DNA from: Chiloscyllium plagiosum
Lineage: Eukaryota
Reading direction: 5' to 3'
Length of the DNA: 64,000 nucleotides
Assembly (NCBI RefSeq): GCF_004010195.1
Contig: NC_057718.1
Coordinates: forward strand, 61,968,981-62,032,980
This document shows positions 23,869-36,712 of the stretch, one piece after another; within the stretch, counting starts at the first letter, position 1; each line of letters begins with the position of its first letter. Below the pieces are notes generated by a model. That model ran no database searches, was not told where the DNA came from, and saw nothing but the letters and a program-made list of their open reading frames with translations. Position numbers and translations under genes: made by a program.

Positions 23869-25885
23869 CTCCTGACCTGTCTCCCACATTAGTGTCAGCA
23901 GGGAAGCCAGCAGCCAGCCTGCCCATCTTTAGGTCTGTTGAAGTTCTTTGTGGAAAATTATTGGATTCTTAAGGACCTAATTCAATCTCCACTGTTATTT
24001 TACATGTGGTAGGGGAAAGTGGATGTAAGGCATGGTAGTCTGGCAGTATTCACTGCATGGGTTACTGTCAATTCTTGGAGGGCCAATTCTTGTAGGGCAC
24101 TATGTTCCCATTGAAAGCAGCTCCCACAAATAAGAATCGCTTTAACTCTCAGTTATTCTCATTCAGTCCCACCCCACTCACCCAGCCTAGGCTACCTAAA
24201 GTACTGAACTCACCTCACAACCTGAGGAATACACCTCCACATAAAATCCAGACGTTTATACTTTGTTTGATAACATTTCTTATTCTGTTAAAAGCGCTAT
24301 ATAAATGCAAGTTGTTATTGAGCAGCTTTTGGAACCTCCCATTAAATAGGTCTGCTTTATATTCTGAGGGTCCTACTTTCACTTATCTATCCGTATATAG
24401 ATATCATAGATGGTACAAATGAATTCGTTCTTCATCATGCTGCTGTGAGGTGTGCTGTAAGGTGAAACGGTGAAATTTGAGCAGAGTTGATAATTTTAAG
24501 CATTACCTGCCATACTTTTCTGCTAGTCTAATTTAGATTGGTTGATGCTTTTTGTGAGATATTAGCATTCTTGCCATATGCAAAAAAAAATTTATTACCT
24601 TATTTTATTTGTTCATCACTATCTTATTTTAAAAGAAATATCAAGTTAACATAATTTAAATGTGAAGTCCCAGCAGTTGGACAATCTAAAAACTAATGTC
24701 CTAAAGATTTTGCTTCCAAATACCACTGACATTCCTACGTGCACCGCCAACTGCAATTTGCTTCGCACAGGATCAGTTCCTCAAACTGACTGAACCAGGT
24801 CAGTGCTTTCTTGGTAAGTACAAGTACTACAAACTTGGCTATTGGTTGCACATTACCAAGAAAACACTTTTTAAAATATTTTAAATTTAATTGTAAGAGT
24901 ATTTACCCATGAAACAGTTTTACTTAGTTATCAAAATAACACATCAATTGTAATTATTTTCAGGCAGTGTTTTATGGGAAAATATGAAAAGGTTCTTAAA
25001 ACTATATAAAAATGTATAATAAAAGTTGGTCAAACACCAGGCAAGATTTAGGATTTCTACACTGGTAACTTTTACAAAAGCGTTTTGACATTACGTTTAT
25101 TCATATTAATTTCTACCTCTGAATTTGATACATTATGTGGTTTAAAATGATAGTCAACATGCACTGTTCAGAACTTTAAAATTTCTTTAAAGGTGAGATT
25201 TACTACCTCTTCTGTCTTTCCACCAATCAATTTCAATAGAATTTCAACTATGCCACATTGATAGTGCTTTTATCAGTAACCCACTGCAGCAACTTAAACC
25301 CCTGACACACACTTGGACTTCAATGCTGCACTTCACTGAGGAAGTGCTACATTTTTCAGGAGTGCTCCCTTTAAAGAAGAGAAGTGAAACTGAGGTTTTG
25401 GCAACTGATAATTTGGGGATGTCCTGTAGATACAAAAGATACTACATACCTGACAAGTTTTGTTTTGCTTGAGAATAAAATCTGTTTCAGTGGCAGTTCT
25501 AAAGGGAATGCTTTTTCCAGCTAATTTTTGATGAAGTTGTATATTCTGTAAAATAATCTGGAATATGATGCATCTGTAACATCTGGATTTTTATCATGTC
25601 CCTGATTGATATGACTAGACATAACCAACACTCAAACATGGACAGCCCAGATAAAAAGTGTATTAGATCCTATAATGCCAGTAGTAAAAATCTCTTCAGT
25701 TAACAAAGTTAATTATAAGCTCAGAATGAAGAAAAAACAGTAATAATATGCCTTTATACTCTCTTTTAAACATACAATCTATTAAATTAAATTTCATAAA
25801 GTTCTAGAAATACCTTATCAGACATAAACAGAAATGTCTGCAGCATCAGTCACTTTTAGTTACCTTCGTCATTGTTATTGTTGCA

Positions 25886-25900
25886 CCACTAGAGGGTGCA
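25886..25900 (+). promoter_or_regulatory. Possible CTCF-binding motif
   Basis: CCACTAGAGGGTGCA, close to the CTCF core CCAC[CT]AG[AG][GT]GGC[AG] with one deviation, in unique AT-rich DNA. Confidence 0.3.
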
Positions 25901-26004
25901 TGGTGACATTGAAACAGGTTAAAGTGATTTCATCCGCACCGGTGAATAACAGTTCTGCTGTTGCAGTTATCGGAACAAATCATGTCAGGGATTAGCAATT
26001 TCAC

Positions 26005-27880
26005 ATAAGAACTAGGAGTAGGAGTAGGCCATCTGGCCCTTTGAGCCTGCTCCATCATTCAATAAGATCATGGCTCATTTTTTCCTGGACTCAGTTCCAT
26101 TTACCCACACTCTCACCCTATCCCTTAGTTCCTTTATTGTTAAAAAAAATCTATCATAGCTTTAAAAACATTTACTGAAGAAGCATCAACACTTCACTGA
26201 ACAAGGAATTCCATAGATTTACAACCCTCTGGGTGAATAAGTTCCCTCTCAATTCAGTCTTAAATCTGCTCTCCCTCATTTTGAGGCTATGCCCTCCTGT
26301 CCTAGTTTCATCTCCAGTAAAAACATATTCTGTACTTCTACCTTATCTATTCCCTTCATAATTTTATATGTTTCTATAAGATATCCCCTCATTCTTCTAA
26401 ATTCCAACGAATATAATCCCAGTCTATTCAATCTCTCCTCATAAGCCTACCCGCTCAACTCCAGAATCAACCTAGTGAACCTCCTCTGCACCCCTTTTAG
26501 TGTAGTATATCTTTTCTCAAGTAAGGAGGCCAAAATTGCACACAGTACTCCAGGTGTAGCCTCACCAGCACCCTATTCAGTTGCAACATAACATCCCTGC
26601 TTTTAAACTTTATCCCTTTAGCAATGAACAACAAAATTCCATTTACCTACCTAATTACTTATTGTACTTGCAGACCAACCCTCTGATTCATGCACGCGGA
26701 CACCCAGTTTGCTCTGCATAGCTGTATGCTGCAACATTTTACCATTCAAGTAATAACCATTTTTACTGTTACTCCCAACCAAAATGGATGACTTCACATT
26801 TATTAACATTGTATTCCATCTGCCAGACTTTTGACCACTCACTTAAAGCATCTATGTTCATCTGCAAAGTTTCATAGTCCTCTGCACACTTTGCTCTGCC
26901 AGTCCTCTTCGTGTCATCTGCAAACATTGACATACTACACGTGATCCCCAACTGCAAATCATCCATATAAATTGTAAATAATTGCAGTCCCAATACCAAT
27001 CTCTGAAGCACACTACTAGTTACTGATTGCCAACCAGAATAGCACTCATTTATCCCAACTTTTTGCTTCCTATTAGTCAATCAATCCTCTATCCATGCTA
27101 ATATTTTACCTGTAATGCCATGTATCTTTATTGTTATGAAGGTGTCAGGGGTACTGTACCTTTAAGGGAGTTGAAGGGTTTAACAAGCACACAAAATGCT
27201 GGAGAATTTACAATGTAACATTTGGTCAAGCAGCTAGCAGTACCTGGATTGCTGAGACACAAAAAAACAAATTCAAATTCGGCCAATCAGTTTACATTAT
27301 GCCCTAAGATACTAAACCCCAATCAAGTTTAAATTTGGTATTTTGACAATATTAAAACAAATGTAACGATCCAATGCTTTGAGGTATAAATATTAAACAA
27401 ATTGAACAGTTTGAGGAGAACTGCCAAGCCACCAACATATGCAGACTGCCCGGAGAATACCTCTCTTAAAAGTACCTTTATCTGTCTGTGAAACAGAAAT
27501 CCCTAAGAAGAAGAAAATAAGACAGAGGAAGATATAAAGAAAAGATTCAAAAGCTGGCTAGTTTTGAAATTTGAATTTTTTGGTAAATCTTAATTGGGGG
27601 TTTTATTCGACCAGTATTGAAGAAGGGAAAGTAAAAGATATGTTAGGGGAATGAATTGTAAATAGTTGTTAGTTAATATTCTCTGTTAGATTTAATGAAT
27701 GAAGTTCTTAATTTTTTGTACTTTAAATAGTGACTTTTGGGATAGTTCCTAGCCTCTCAAATTTTAACAGATTATAGCATGGGTTAAATCATTTACGTGT
27801 TTCTGGTTTAAAATAGCCCACAGGGGGGGGTTTAACTCATGTCATAACATTATCTTATGCAGCAACCTCTTGTGCGGCAA
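26005..27880 (-). mobile_element. CR1 LINE 3' half, interrupted by a solo LTR
   Basis: rc encodes RKQKVGIN..SGWQSVTSSVLQ..VLG..LFTIYMDD..FADDTK..WQMEYNVNKCEVIHFG; 3' end at cataagaactaggagtaggagtaggcc. Confidence 0.92.
27132..27849 (+). mobile_element. Solo LTR (718 bp)
   Basis: Perfect 8-bp terminal inverted repeats tgttatga...tcataaca; 4-bp TSD ttat (27128-27131, 27850-27853); removing it restores contiguous CR1 sequence. Orientation inferred. Confidence 0.9.
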
Positions 27881-30269
27881 CATATGCTATAATTTAATTG
27901 GAACTTCAGTTTAGTTGAATTTCAAATCATGTGAAAGATATGTCACACAAATCTATTACAATTCCATAACATACTGCAAATCTGGTAAACCATTATTAAA
28001 ATCTACAATTACCAAGGGTCCCTATTTAAACCAGAATTCAGAGTATATTTTTTATCACAGAATGTCCTGAATTTAACTATATGGCTTTATGTTAAATATA
28101 AATTCTAACACACAAATTGCAGAGTGCTATACACAATTTATTTCAGTTTATGCCATCTATTACATATCCAACACTTTAAAAACAGAACATAGCAGGTGAA
28201 ATACAAATTGGGTTGACTTAAGATGACTTAATATAAAGCAGAAGTGGGAACATTTAGGATAAATAACAAAAGTCAGTGGGCAGCTATAGATTGGTATTGT
28301 TCTCTTGCAATGATTTAGACTATAGGTAACCCAGGCCAATCAGCCAAGAACATGACCCTGTTTAAAGCAAATTTAATTTCTATTTATTTCTTTAAAGTGT
28401 TCTACTGCCCATAATCTGCCTGCATACATTATAAGCTAATTATTGTGCAATAAGATAACCTTTTTTTTCTGCTGTAGTAATGTATTTTGTTTCATTTTGT
28501 TAAATGTAATTTGTTATAGCATACCAAAGTAGGTTGTAGTGACGATCGAGGATATAATTTAATAACTATGTCTATTGTGTACAGTGAGAAATGCCTGACT
28601 AACAAAATCAGTGATTTTCTGATTCCTCGAGGGCAGGATTACAAAATTCAGAAATCCAGGTGTGGGAAGTTGATAACTGAAATCCCCATCTTTGGTTAGT
28701 CAGATGTCAAGTTTCAATTATATGTCCAAGAAGCTTGTTAAGAGGAAATCCTTCTCCATATTCATTGTATTCATGGTTAGGCAAATGATCCAATTGACTG
28801 ATAATGCACAAAATTGGTGCAGTAAGTTCAAAAAGGTATGTGACAAGATGTAGTTAGCATTTGAAATTTTAATAATATTTTTCAGTTCAGTAAATTGAAT
28901 ATCATTTGCTCTATTTGGCAAGAAGCTATTTAAAGAAATTCATTACTTCTCCTTTGAGGTAAGACAATATAGTCATGCCACATACAGGTGAAACAAATGC
29001 ACAGGACTAGTGACTTTTAGGATGTGAGATCACCTGCTTCCACTACACTGAATTCCTGGTCTGCAGTATGCTGCTTTGGTAGGTGTTGAAAAGAGCCGTC
29101 ACATGATGTTTTCAGTGATACCATCCACTCAGCAGGGCTCTGTCCTCAAAGGAAGCAGAGGTCAGAGAATCTGCCCTATGACATTATAGCTACATGTCTA
29201 ACTCACACTCTCCTTAAATATGGCTCCACGCTGCGAGCATGGGATTGTTGAAGTAAGCTTCAAATGCCTTTGTAGAGTAAAGAGCAGAAGGTCAAAGATC
29301 AAGTTGGCAATGTTTACTTTTATCTCCTAGTAAACAGACTGGACTATGAAAATAGTTTAAATCAAATAAAGGACAAACTTTAGCCCGTGTCGAAAAGCCT
29401 TAAGTTTTTAGTGATAGGGGAAAGCTATGAATTGCTATTTACTTCAGTATTTACTTCAGTATAAGTTCTTCAATGTCCCAAAATAGCAAAACTTGGCAGC
29501 TCAGGATTTTGCTCAATGCAGTGTTGACCACAGAATTAGACTAGAGGTCAGCAGTGTGGGCACACTCAACTTTATTGACTTTAATGGTCAGATAACTGGT
29601 GAATCAGGCACACTGATAGTTAAGCATCATTTGCATACATGTACAAACTTACGAGTCAAATCTTTGTGTGCTCATAGCCGTGTACAGTGTAACATTTATG
29701 GCAAATCATAATAGTCTCCAAGTGCTGTCTAATATTCACAAAAAGGAAACGTACAAGAGCAAGGCAAAAAAATTTCTACAGTTCATTATTGGTAGCAAAA
29801 TCATTAAAATATTCTTTACAACTAAGTTTACATATTCATGAAGAAAATGTACAGAAAATACTGGTTAACAGGTTAATAAGTTGCAAAGCAGAACTGTAAG
29901 AGAGAACGACAGTAAGCTTGCAATGAAAGAACAATAAAAATGGGTGTGTTTCAAAACTGAACACCCAAGGTACATAAAATACTGAGCTGCAGTTGAAGAA
30001 AGATTAATGTACTTTATTTGGGTGGCCAAGATCAAGAAGAGAGGAACATTTGTCTGTAAAGCAAGACTCACGTGATTATGATGGATGGGAAGTTGGAATC
30101 ATACTAAGAAAGTTATTGGCTATGAGCAGAAAGTGAAAGAAAGAAATATATCACATTGGCTGTTCATAAACAGCCTTGAAGATTTGTTTTGTGATAGGTG
30201 AAACTGGGGTTATACTGAAAGTGCAATGGAATATAAGTTTATCATAGTTTAAGCTTCATTGAAGTCCTA

Positions 30270-30575
30270 AGGTGTGGAAGCAGGCCATTCAGCCCATTGA
30301 ATGCACACTGGCCCTCCAAAATGCACCTCACTCAATCCCTGTAACCCTGCATTTCCCATGGCTAATCCAGCTGACCCACACATCCTGGACAATTTAGCAT
30401 GTACCTAACCTGATGCTTGGACTGTGGGAGGAAACTAGAGCATCACAGGAAATGCTCACAGACTCGGGGAGAATGTGTAAACTCCACACAGACAGTTGCC
30501 TGAGGCTGGAATTGAATCCAGGTCCCTGGTGCTGTGAGGCAGCAGTGCTAACCATTGAGCCACCATGCTACCCTT
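30270..30575 (-). mobile_element. HE1-like SINE
   Basis: gtgtggaagcaggccattcagccc...gtgaggcagcagtgctaaccattgagccaccatgc. Confidence 0.85.
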
Positions 30576-31559
30576 TCAGATGGGTCCAACATTCCATCCC
30601 TTTATTACAAAGAAAATAAAAAGCCTGAGGTATATAAAAGTCTTGTTCATAAAGATGGTGAATCCTCAAGGCTGGCAACATATTTGCCAGTGAAATCTAG
30701 GGATGGTTATAGTTTCTCTCCAAACTTCCTTCACTCACTGGACCTGAACATTAACTCTGATTTCTTTCCACAGATGCTGCCAGATCTGCTGAGCGTTTCT
30801 AGCAACTTTTGTTTTTGTTCACTACCCTTGACATTTATTTGATTCATTGTTCAGCATTTAAGAACCTTTGGTAAATATGCTTTGGAATCCAGGAATAAAT
30901 TCTTCCAGCAAGGTTACAGATACATTAAATCTGAAAAACAAAAGCAACTGTAGAAACAAAAGTACAACATTAAAGGCCAGACCACAGGTAATCTGTGACA
31001 TTTCCAGATGGGATCTTCAGAGTGTGGACATGAACTGGCTCCACTTCTTTAGTCAACCCACCATCTTAGTTGATCACATCAAGCTTCATTTAAAATGGGC
31101 CCCTTTTTTCCCTCATGGATACCTTTCTCCCAAATCAAAATGGACTCATGTTTTAAAAGGACCCAATTAAACCAGGTTCTGGCGTAAAAAAAAGAGTGAG
31201 AATATTAATTACTTAACACAAGGAGAATTAACAACACCAAATACTTGCAGATTGGAAATAAAAAGGGAGGTCCTGATTCCTTCTTTAACCAGTACCCCAG
31301 AGAGAAAGAGGGTCTTCCTTTACCTGCAACACAAGGATAACTAGAGTATAATCCTTTGACAGTGCTTCATAGGTAATGTTCAAATCCATAACAATACACA
31401 TAAGAGCACTCAGTACGACCACTAGTCCACTCCAATAGAGTCAAAACTGGTGATTTAACCGTTGTCCTTTTGTACCTTGCAAGGTAAAACAAACATGACT
31501 ACAAGAGACGGTTTTTGGCTCAGAGCGAGGGATAGTCAGAAGAATGTCAGACAGATATT

Positions 31560-32840
31560 GCAAATATTTATCTGGTAGTGTTATTTAATATTCTACAACA
31601 AAATAAAACTGGATGGACCATCAATCTAAGTGCTGGAACCAACAAAGAGACACCATATCCAGTCAATGCTGCAAAGTCACCATCATTAACATCTGGGACA
31701 TTGTGCCAAAATTGGAATAGCTGTCCTACAGGTTTATTGAGCATTAGCCAAATACTCACTGAATCATACCATACAGACAATGCCCCATACATCACCATCA
31801 CTACTCCTGGCATTCAGGATACATTAGCAGGACAGACCCAACAGAGATGGTGATACAGTGGTATACAGCAAAGAGGGGGTTACCCTCAGATTCTTCGACA
31901 TTGACTCCAAAAACCATCTAATCTCATCAAATCAGTACAAACAAGGGCCACAAATCCTCTTCTTTCAGACCACATACTACCTCCACAGCTGATGAATCAG
32001 TGGTCCCCAATGTTGAACACCAGTTAAAGAAAAAGGGTTGCAAGGATACCCAAAGAATATATTCTGGGTGGAAGACTTCAAAATCCATCACTGAGAGTAC
32101 CCTAGTCACACCAATACTGAATAAGCTGATAAATTCCCGAGGAATGTATCTGACAGATTAGGCAAGTTTCCTGTTGTGTGAGAACAATCAAAAAAGAATA
32201 ACTTACTGAGCAAACTCTCATCATTCTATGTTTTACAGATGCATCTGTCCAAGACTGTACTGCTAGTAGTGAACACCACATAGTTCTTGTGAAGACGAAG
32301 TCTTGTCTTTGCAATGAGAATATTTCCATTGTGTTGAAGCACAGTACTTGCACATTAAAGTTCAGAAGCAGCATGCAATATACAGAGTAAAACAAGCTAA
32401 TGATCAATTAATCATGCATCTCTGTAGTTCTGACATATCTAGTCATGAATGGTCATGGAGAATTAACCAACTAACAGAAGAAAATGACTCATCAAACAGC
32501 TCCATCCTCAATGATAGGGGAGCCAAGCACATATGTAGAAAAGACAAAGCTGAAATGTTTACAACACTCTTCAGCCAGAATTGCCAAGTGGATGATCCTT
32601 GTCGCCTCTTCATGAGGTCCCCAATTTAAAAATGCAAGTCATCATCTAATTTGCTTCACTCCACATGATATTAAGAAGCATCTGAAGACACCAGTTACTG
32701 AAAAGACTATAGGCCCTGACACATTCCTGCAAAAGTAGCAAAGACATGGGTTCCAGAAATTGCTGCTTCCCTAGACAAGATGCCTACAGAACTGGCATCT
32801 ACCTAACAATGTGCAAAATTGTCCAGGTATGTCCTGTCAC
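31560..32840 (+). mobile_element. Decayed LINE, APE endonuclease to start of RT (CR1/L2-group)
   Basis: aacatctgggacattgtgccaaaattgg..ctcactgaatcatac (N.W..VPKL..LTESY), gaagacttcaaa (GDFN-like), ggccctgacacattcc (GPD.IP). Confidence 0.7.
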
Positions 32841-33364
32841 AAATTTGCAATATTTCTTTGGGTCATGTTCACTTTTAAGTCCATTTTCAGAACTCAAAGT
32901 GCATTTTCTGGCCTTCCACATCTTATCAGCATTTTGCAAATCAATAGATTTTCAATTCTACCCCTCATTTTACACATTTAACTAATGTTTGTACTTGCCA
33001 TTGTTTGCTCTGCTTCCCTATAATGGTGGTATTGCTCTATCCATTGGCCTGTCCTGGCAAAAAAATAACTAGTGTCAACTTTCAGTATTCATCTACAGGA
33101 CAAATAACCTTGTCTTGCATCTCTATATCATTGTAAAATCAGTCATCTTCATCTGCCATAATCTAGTCCTCATAACCTTCCAACATATGTATGCAAAGTA
33201 TATAATACCTCGACACTACCTATGACTTCTTCAGATTCTATGAATGTGTAATCAGTGCCAATTAAATTAAAGGAATGCACCCTAACTGTTTAATTGCTGT
33301 GCTGTAAAATTACTTTTGTTCATCACCACCTATAACCTTACCTGAATCTTTATACCATTTTTAG

Positions 33365-34265
33365 AAAATAGAATCAGGAATAAGTCATTTAGCCCTTTGA
33401 GCTTACTCCACCATTCAATATGATCATGGTTGATTGTCCAAATCAGAACTCTGCCTTTCTCTTTGTAAAACACTCTATGCTCTGGATTTAAATTTATTTC
33501 TGATGGCTGTATATGGTGCCATTAGGCTTGCCAAGTTTTCTGCAAAAACCTCAGTTTTAATTATGCCTTTCTCTCTTCATATCTATATGCCCAGGGCATT
33601 CAAGTTCTCAGAAAAAGTAAAGCTAATTGTAGTCCCTTCCCAAGTGTGGGATGCTCACTCATTACTGCAGGAATTTTTGGACTGCTTCCAAAGACAATCA
33701 ATATGGACCATAGCCCCCAGCCATTTACATTTGCTCTTCTCATGGACTGCCCAAGCCAGGACAAATGTTAATTTACAACCTGGATGGTCCACTAAGATTT
33801 TATAAAGTATCTCATCTATTTTCGGATGATTTCTTTTACACATTCCATCACTGAAGGGATTTCCTGCTACTGTGTTCATTACTACATTGTTCAAATTTTC
33901 ACACACATCCTTAAATTCATCACTGGCAAAGTTGTCCCATTATCAATTAGCAATTTAATCAGTGCTCCTAGTTTAGTCCCTAACAATATGTTGTCCACTA
34001 TCTTTTCTGTTTACTATATGTTATTGAAAGTTAACTAGATTTAATTCCTATGGTCTAAAAGTGCAAGATTTTATTTTCCTTATCCCAAACTTTGAAGTCT
34101 ATCAATGCAACTTCTTTAGTTTCTTGCTAATAAGAGACACACTATCGGCCATCCTAGTGTTCCTCTCCCATACATTTTATGTACATTACTTTATTTATGA
34201 TATCTTTATAATTTTAATGTCCTCATTGTCCTTTATTCCTGCATTCTTTAATACTTTTAATCTGT
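33365..34265 (-). mobile_element. Old CR1 fragments
   Basis: CR1 3' end rc (tttagccctttgagcttactccaccattcaatatgatcatggttgatt) and endonuclease relics. Confidence 0.55.
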
Positions 34266-34293
34266 GAGAAGGTGGTTCAGGAAAATGCTAATA

Positions 34294-34400
34294 CAGAGGA
34301 ACCTCGATTATCCTACTGAGATGGGCGGGCATTACTTCGTTCAGATAATTGGTTATTTGGATAATGAATTTTAGCTTAAACAGGGGAAGCCATACTGATC
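34294..34400. mobile_element. Tc1/mariner (pogo/Tigger-like) terminal fragment
   Basis: TA|CAGAGGAACCTCGATTATCC terminus with internal ggataat; no partner TIR found. Confidence 0.5.
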
Positions 34401-34409
34401 TAACGCTGT

Positions 34410-35025
34410 GTTGAAAGTGGGGTGCTAAAAATGTTCAGCAGGTCAGGCAGCATCCAAGGAACAGGAGAATCAACATTTCAGGCAAGAGACTTTCATCAGG
34501 AATGAAGCTTTTGAGCCAAGGGGGTGGAGAGATAAAGGGGAGGGGGAGGGGCTGGGGGGGAAGATAGCTGAGAGTGTGATAAGTATTTGGAGATGGGGGT
34601 AAAAGTGATAGGTCGAAGGGGAAGGTGGAGCAAATAGGTGGGAAGGAGGATGGACAGGTAATGAAGGCGGTGCTGAGCTGGAAGGTTGGAACTGGGATAA
34701 GGTGGGGCGAGGGGAAATGAGGAAACTGATGAAATTCATATTGATACCATGTGGTTGGCGGGTCCTGAGGCGGAGGATAAGGCATTCTTCCTCCCAGCAG
34801 GTGGTTAGGGAGTGGCGATGAAAGAGGCCCAGGACCTGTATGCCCTTGGTGGAGTGGGAGGGGGAGTTGAAGTTTTCGACCATGGGGTGGTGGGATCGGT
34901 TGGTGCGGGTGTCCTGGAGATGTTCTCTGAAGTGCTCTGCAAGTAGGTGTCCTGTCTCCCCAATGTGTGGGAGACTGCATCGGGAGCAACAGACCCAGTA
35001 AATGAAGTGTGGAAGTGCAGGTAAA
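34410..35025 (-). mobile_element. Penelope-like element 3' part (GIY-YIG + pLTR)
   Basis: ORF 34470..35033: IYWVCCSRCSLPHIGETGHLLAEHFREHL...WEEECLILRLRTRQPHGIN. Confidence 0.9.
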
Positions 35026-35149
35026 ACGAACACAGTACTCTACTGGAGAATTTGTTTAAATCTATAATTTTAATGAGTCTGCCATTTAAACAAACTAATC
35101 TTTGCTGTCTGCAAATTACAGGGTAGAATGAGAAGAACTAAACCCTTAC

Positions 35150-35312
35150 CACGAAATCCCAACATTAAACAAGGTTCCAAATACATTCTACGATTGCAAG
35201 ACCATTTACAGTATCTGTTTCCGGAAACTCAGTCTCGAGATAGAAAGACAAAAGCCCCGCCTCACGCATGCGTTTACGCTCTCGGCCTTTTTTTTAAATG
35301 AATGGCCCGGTA
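35150..35312. promoter_or_regulatory. Candidate promoter / CpG micro-island
   Basis: About 10 CpGs in ~165 bp in a CpG-poor window; tttccggaaa 35218-35227 (ETS core), tctcgaga 35233-35240, gccccgcct 35254-35262 (GC box), acgcatgcgt 35264-35273 (NRF1-like); minus-strand donor cgtg|gtaagg at 35150/35149. Confidence 0.55.
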
Positions 35313-35724
35313 AAGTGCTGGGAATACTGTAAAAGACTTACTTTTGCAAAGGGCTGTGTACCAACCCTTACTTAAAAAGATATCCAGTCACTGATACTTG
35401 AGCTGCTTGTATTTCTTGGTTTTTGCCAGCGTTTTCACGTGTTCCTCAGATTCCCATCCCCTGATCCCAACAATACTTCCTTAATATTTTGATTTCAGAA
35501 GTCATCTTGTTAAAGGAATATGCTAATGGCTGGATTGAGCTAAACTGTATATCCGCTGACTTTCCAAAAACAATTGCTTTGCTCTGTTCCAAACAAGTTT
35601 AATTTGAGCCTTTGCATAGATACACAGTGCTAATACACAGATATTTCACTCAACACTGCATCTGTGCTAATGAAATTGTTTATCTAGCTATGTTACAGGA
35701 AATCACCATTCTTTTTAGAGTTTT

Positions 35725-35875
35725 TTTTAATTCATTCATGGGATCAGGGCATTGTTTGCCAGGCTTGCATTTATTGCCCATCCCTAAGTTTGGAGTCAAC
35801 CACATTGCTATGAGTCTGGAGTCAGATGTAGGCCAGACCAGGTAAGGATGGCAATTTCCTTCCCTAAAAGACATT
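35725..35875 (-). mobile_element. tRNA-SINE fragment (second family)
   Basis: rc of the 47900-48060 type 3' end (gcatttattgcccatccctaa...ggccagaccaggtaaggatggc). Confidence 0.65.
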
Positions 35876-36437
35876 GGTTTCAGTATGTTGTCATCCCCAA
35901 GCCTGAAGCAGGTAGAACTGTCAAGCTCCTTAACTTTACTTTAGTTCTTAATACTTAAACAATGTGAGCAACCTTATAACCACTCCACTCTGTGCTCCAT
36001 GAAAGTACACTCACTGTTCAACACAGCGGAGATGAAGAAGTCTGTGACTGCAATATATATTACAGGGCTAAAGCTTTTTATAATGAGTACAATTCATTTT
36101 ACGTGAGTAGTATAAAAATTTTATCCTTCCAAACTATCTGTGTCTTGCAACATCTCAAAAACTGGCTATTCTATTGAGTACAACTTACTGCAAAATGGTA
36201 TTACAAGTCACATCTAAAATACCTGTTGAATAAACCCTGGACATTCCTGGGATTCATTCTTCTGTTATAGTTACCCAATTCCAGTCATTTGTTATATTTA
36301 CAAGAGATTACTCCGTCCTCACTCCTTTTAGTCATGGTTCTCCTTTTATATTGATATTTTCAGCCAATATCTGAATGTTCTCACATTGCCACAACCGTAG
36401 AATCTACCATTCTTTGTTACAGTTGAACGACAGAATT

Positions 36438-36712
36438 CCATAGAATCATGGAACCCCTACAATGTGGAAGCAGGCCACTTGGCTCATCAAATCCACACTG
36501 ATCCTCTGAAGTGTATCCCACCCAGATTCATCCCCCTATCCTATAATCTTGCATTTCCCATCCCTGCACATCCATATACACTATGGGGCAAACATGACCA
36601 ATCCACCTAACTTGCACATCGTTGGATTGTGGGAGGAAATCTACACAGACCTGAGGCTGGAATCACACCCAAGTCCCTTGTGCTGTGAGGTAGCAGTGCT
36701 AACCACTGTGCC
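36438..36712 (-). mobile_element. HE1-like SINE (internally deleted)
   Basis: catagaatcatggaacccctacaatgtggaagc...gtgaggtagcagtgctaaccactgtgcc. Confidence 0.8.
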
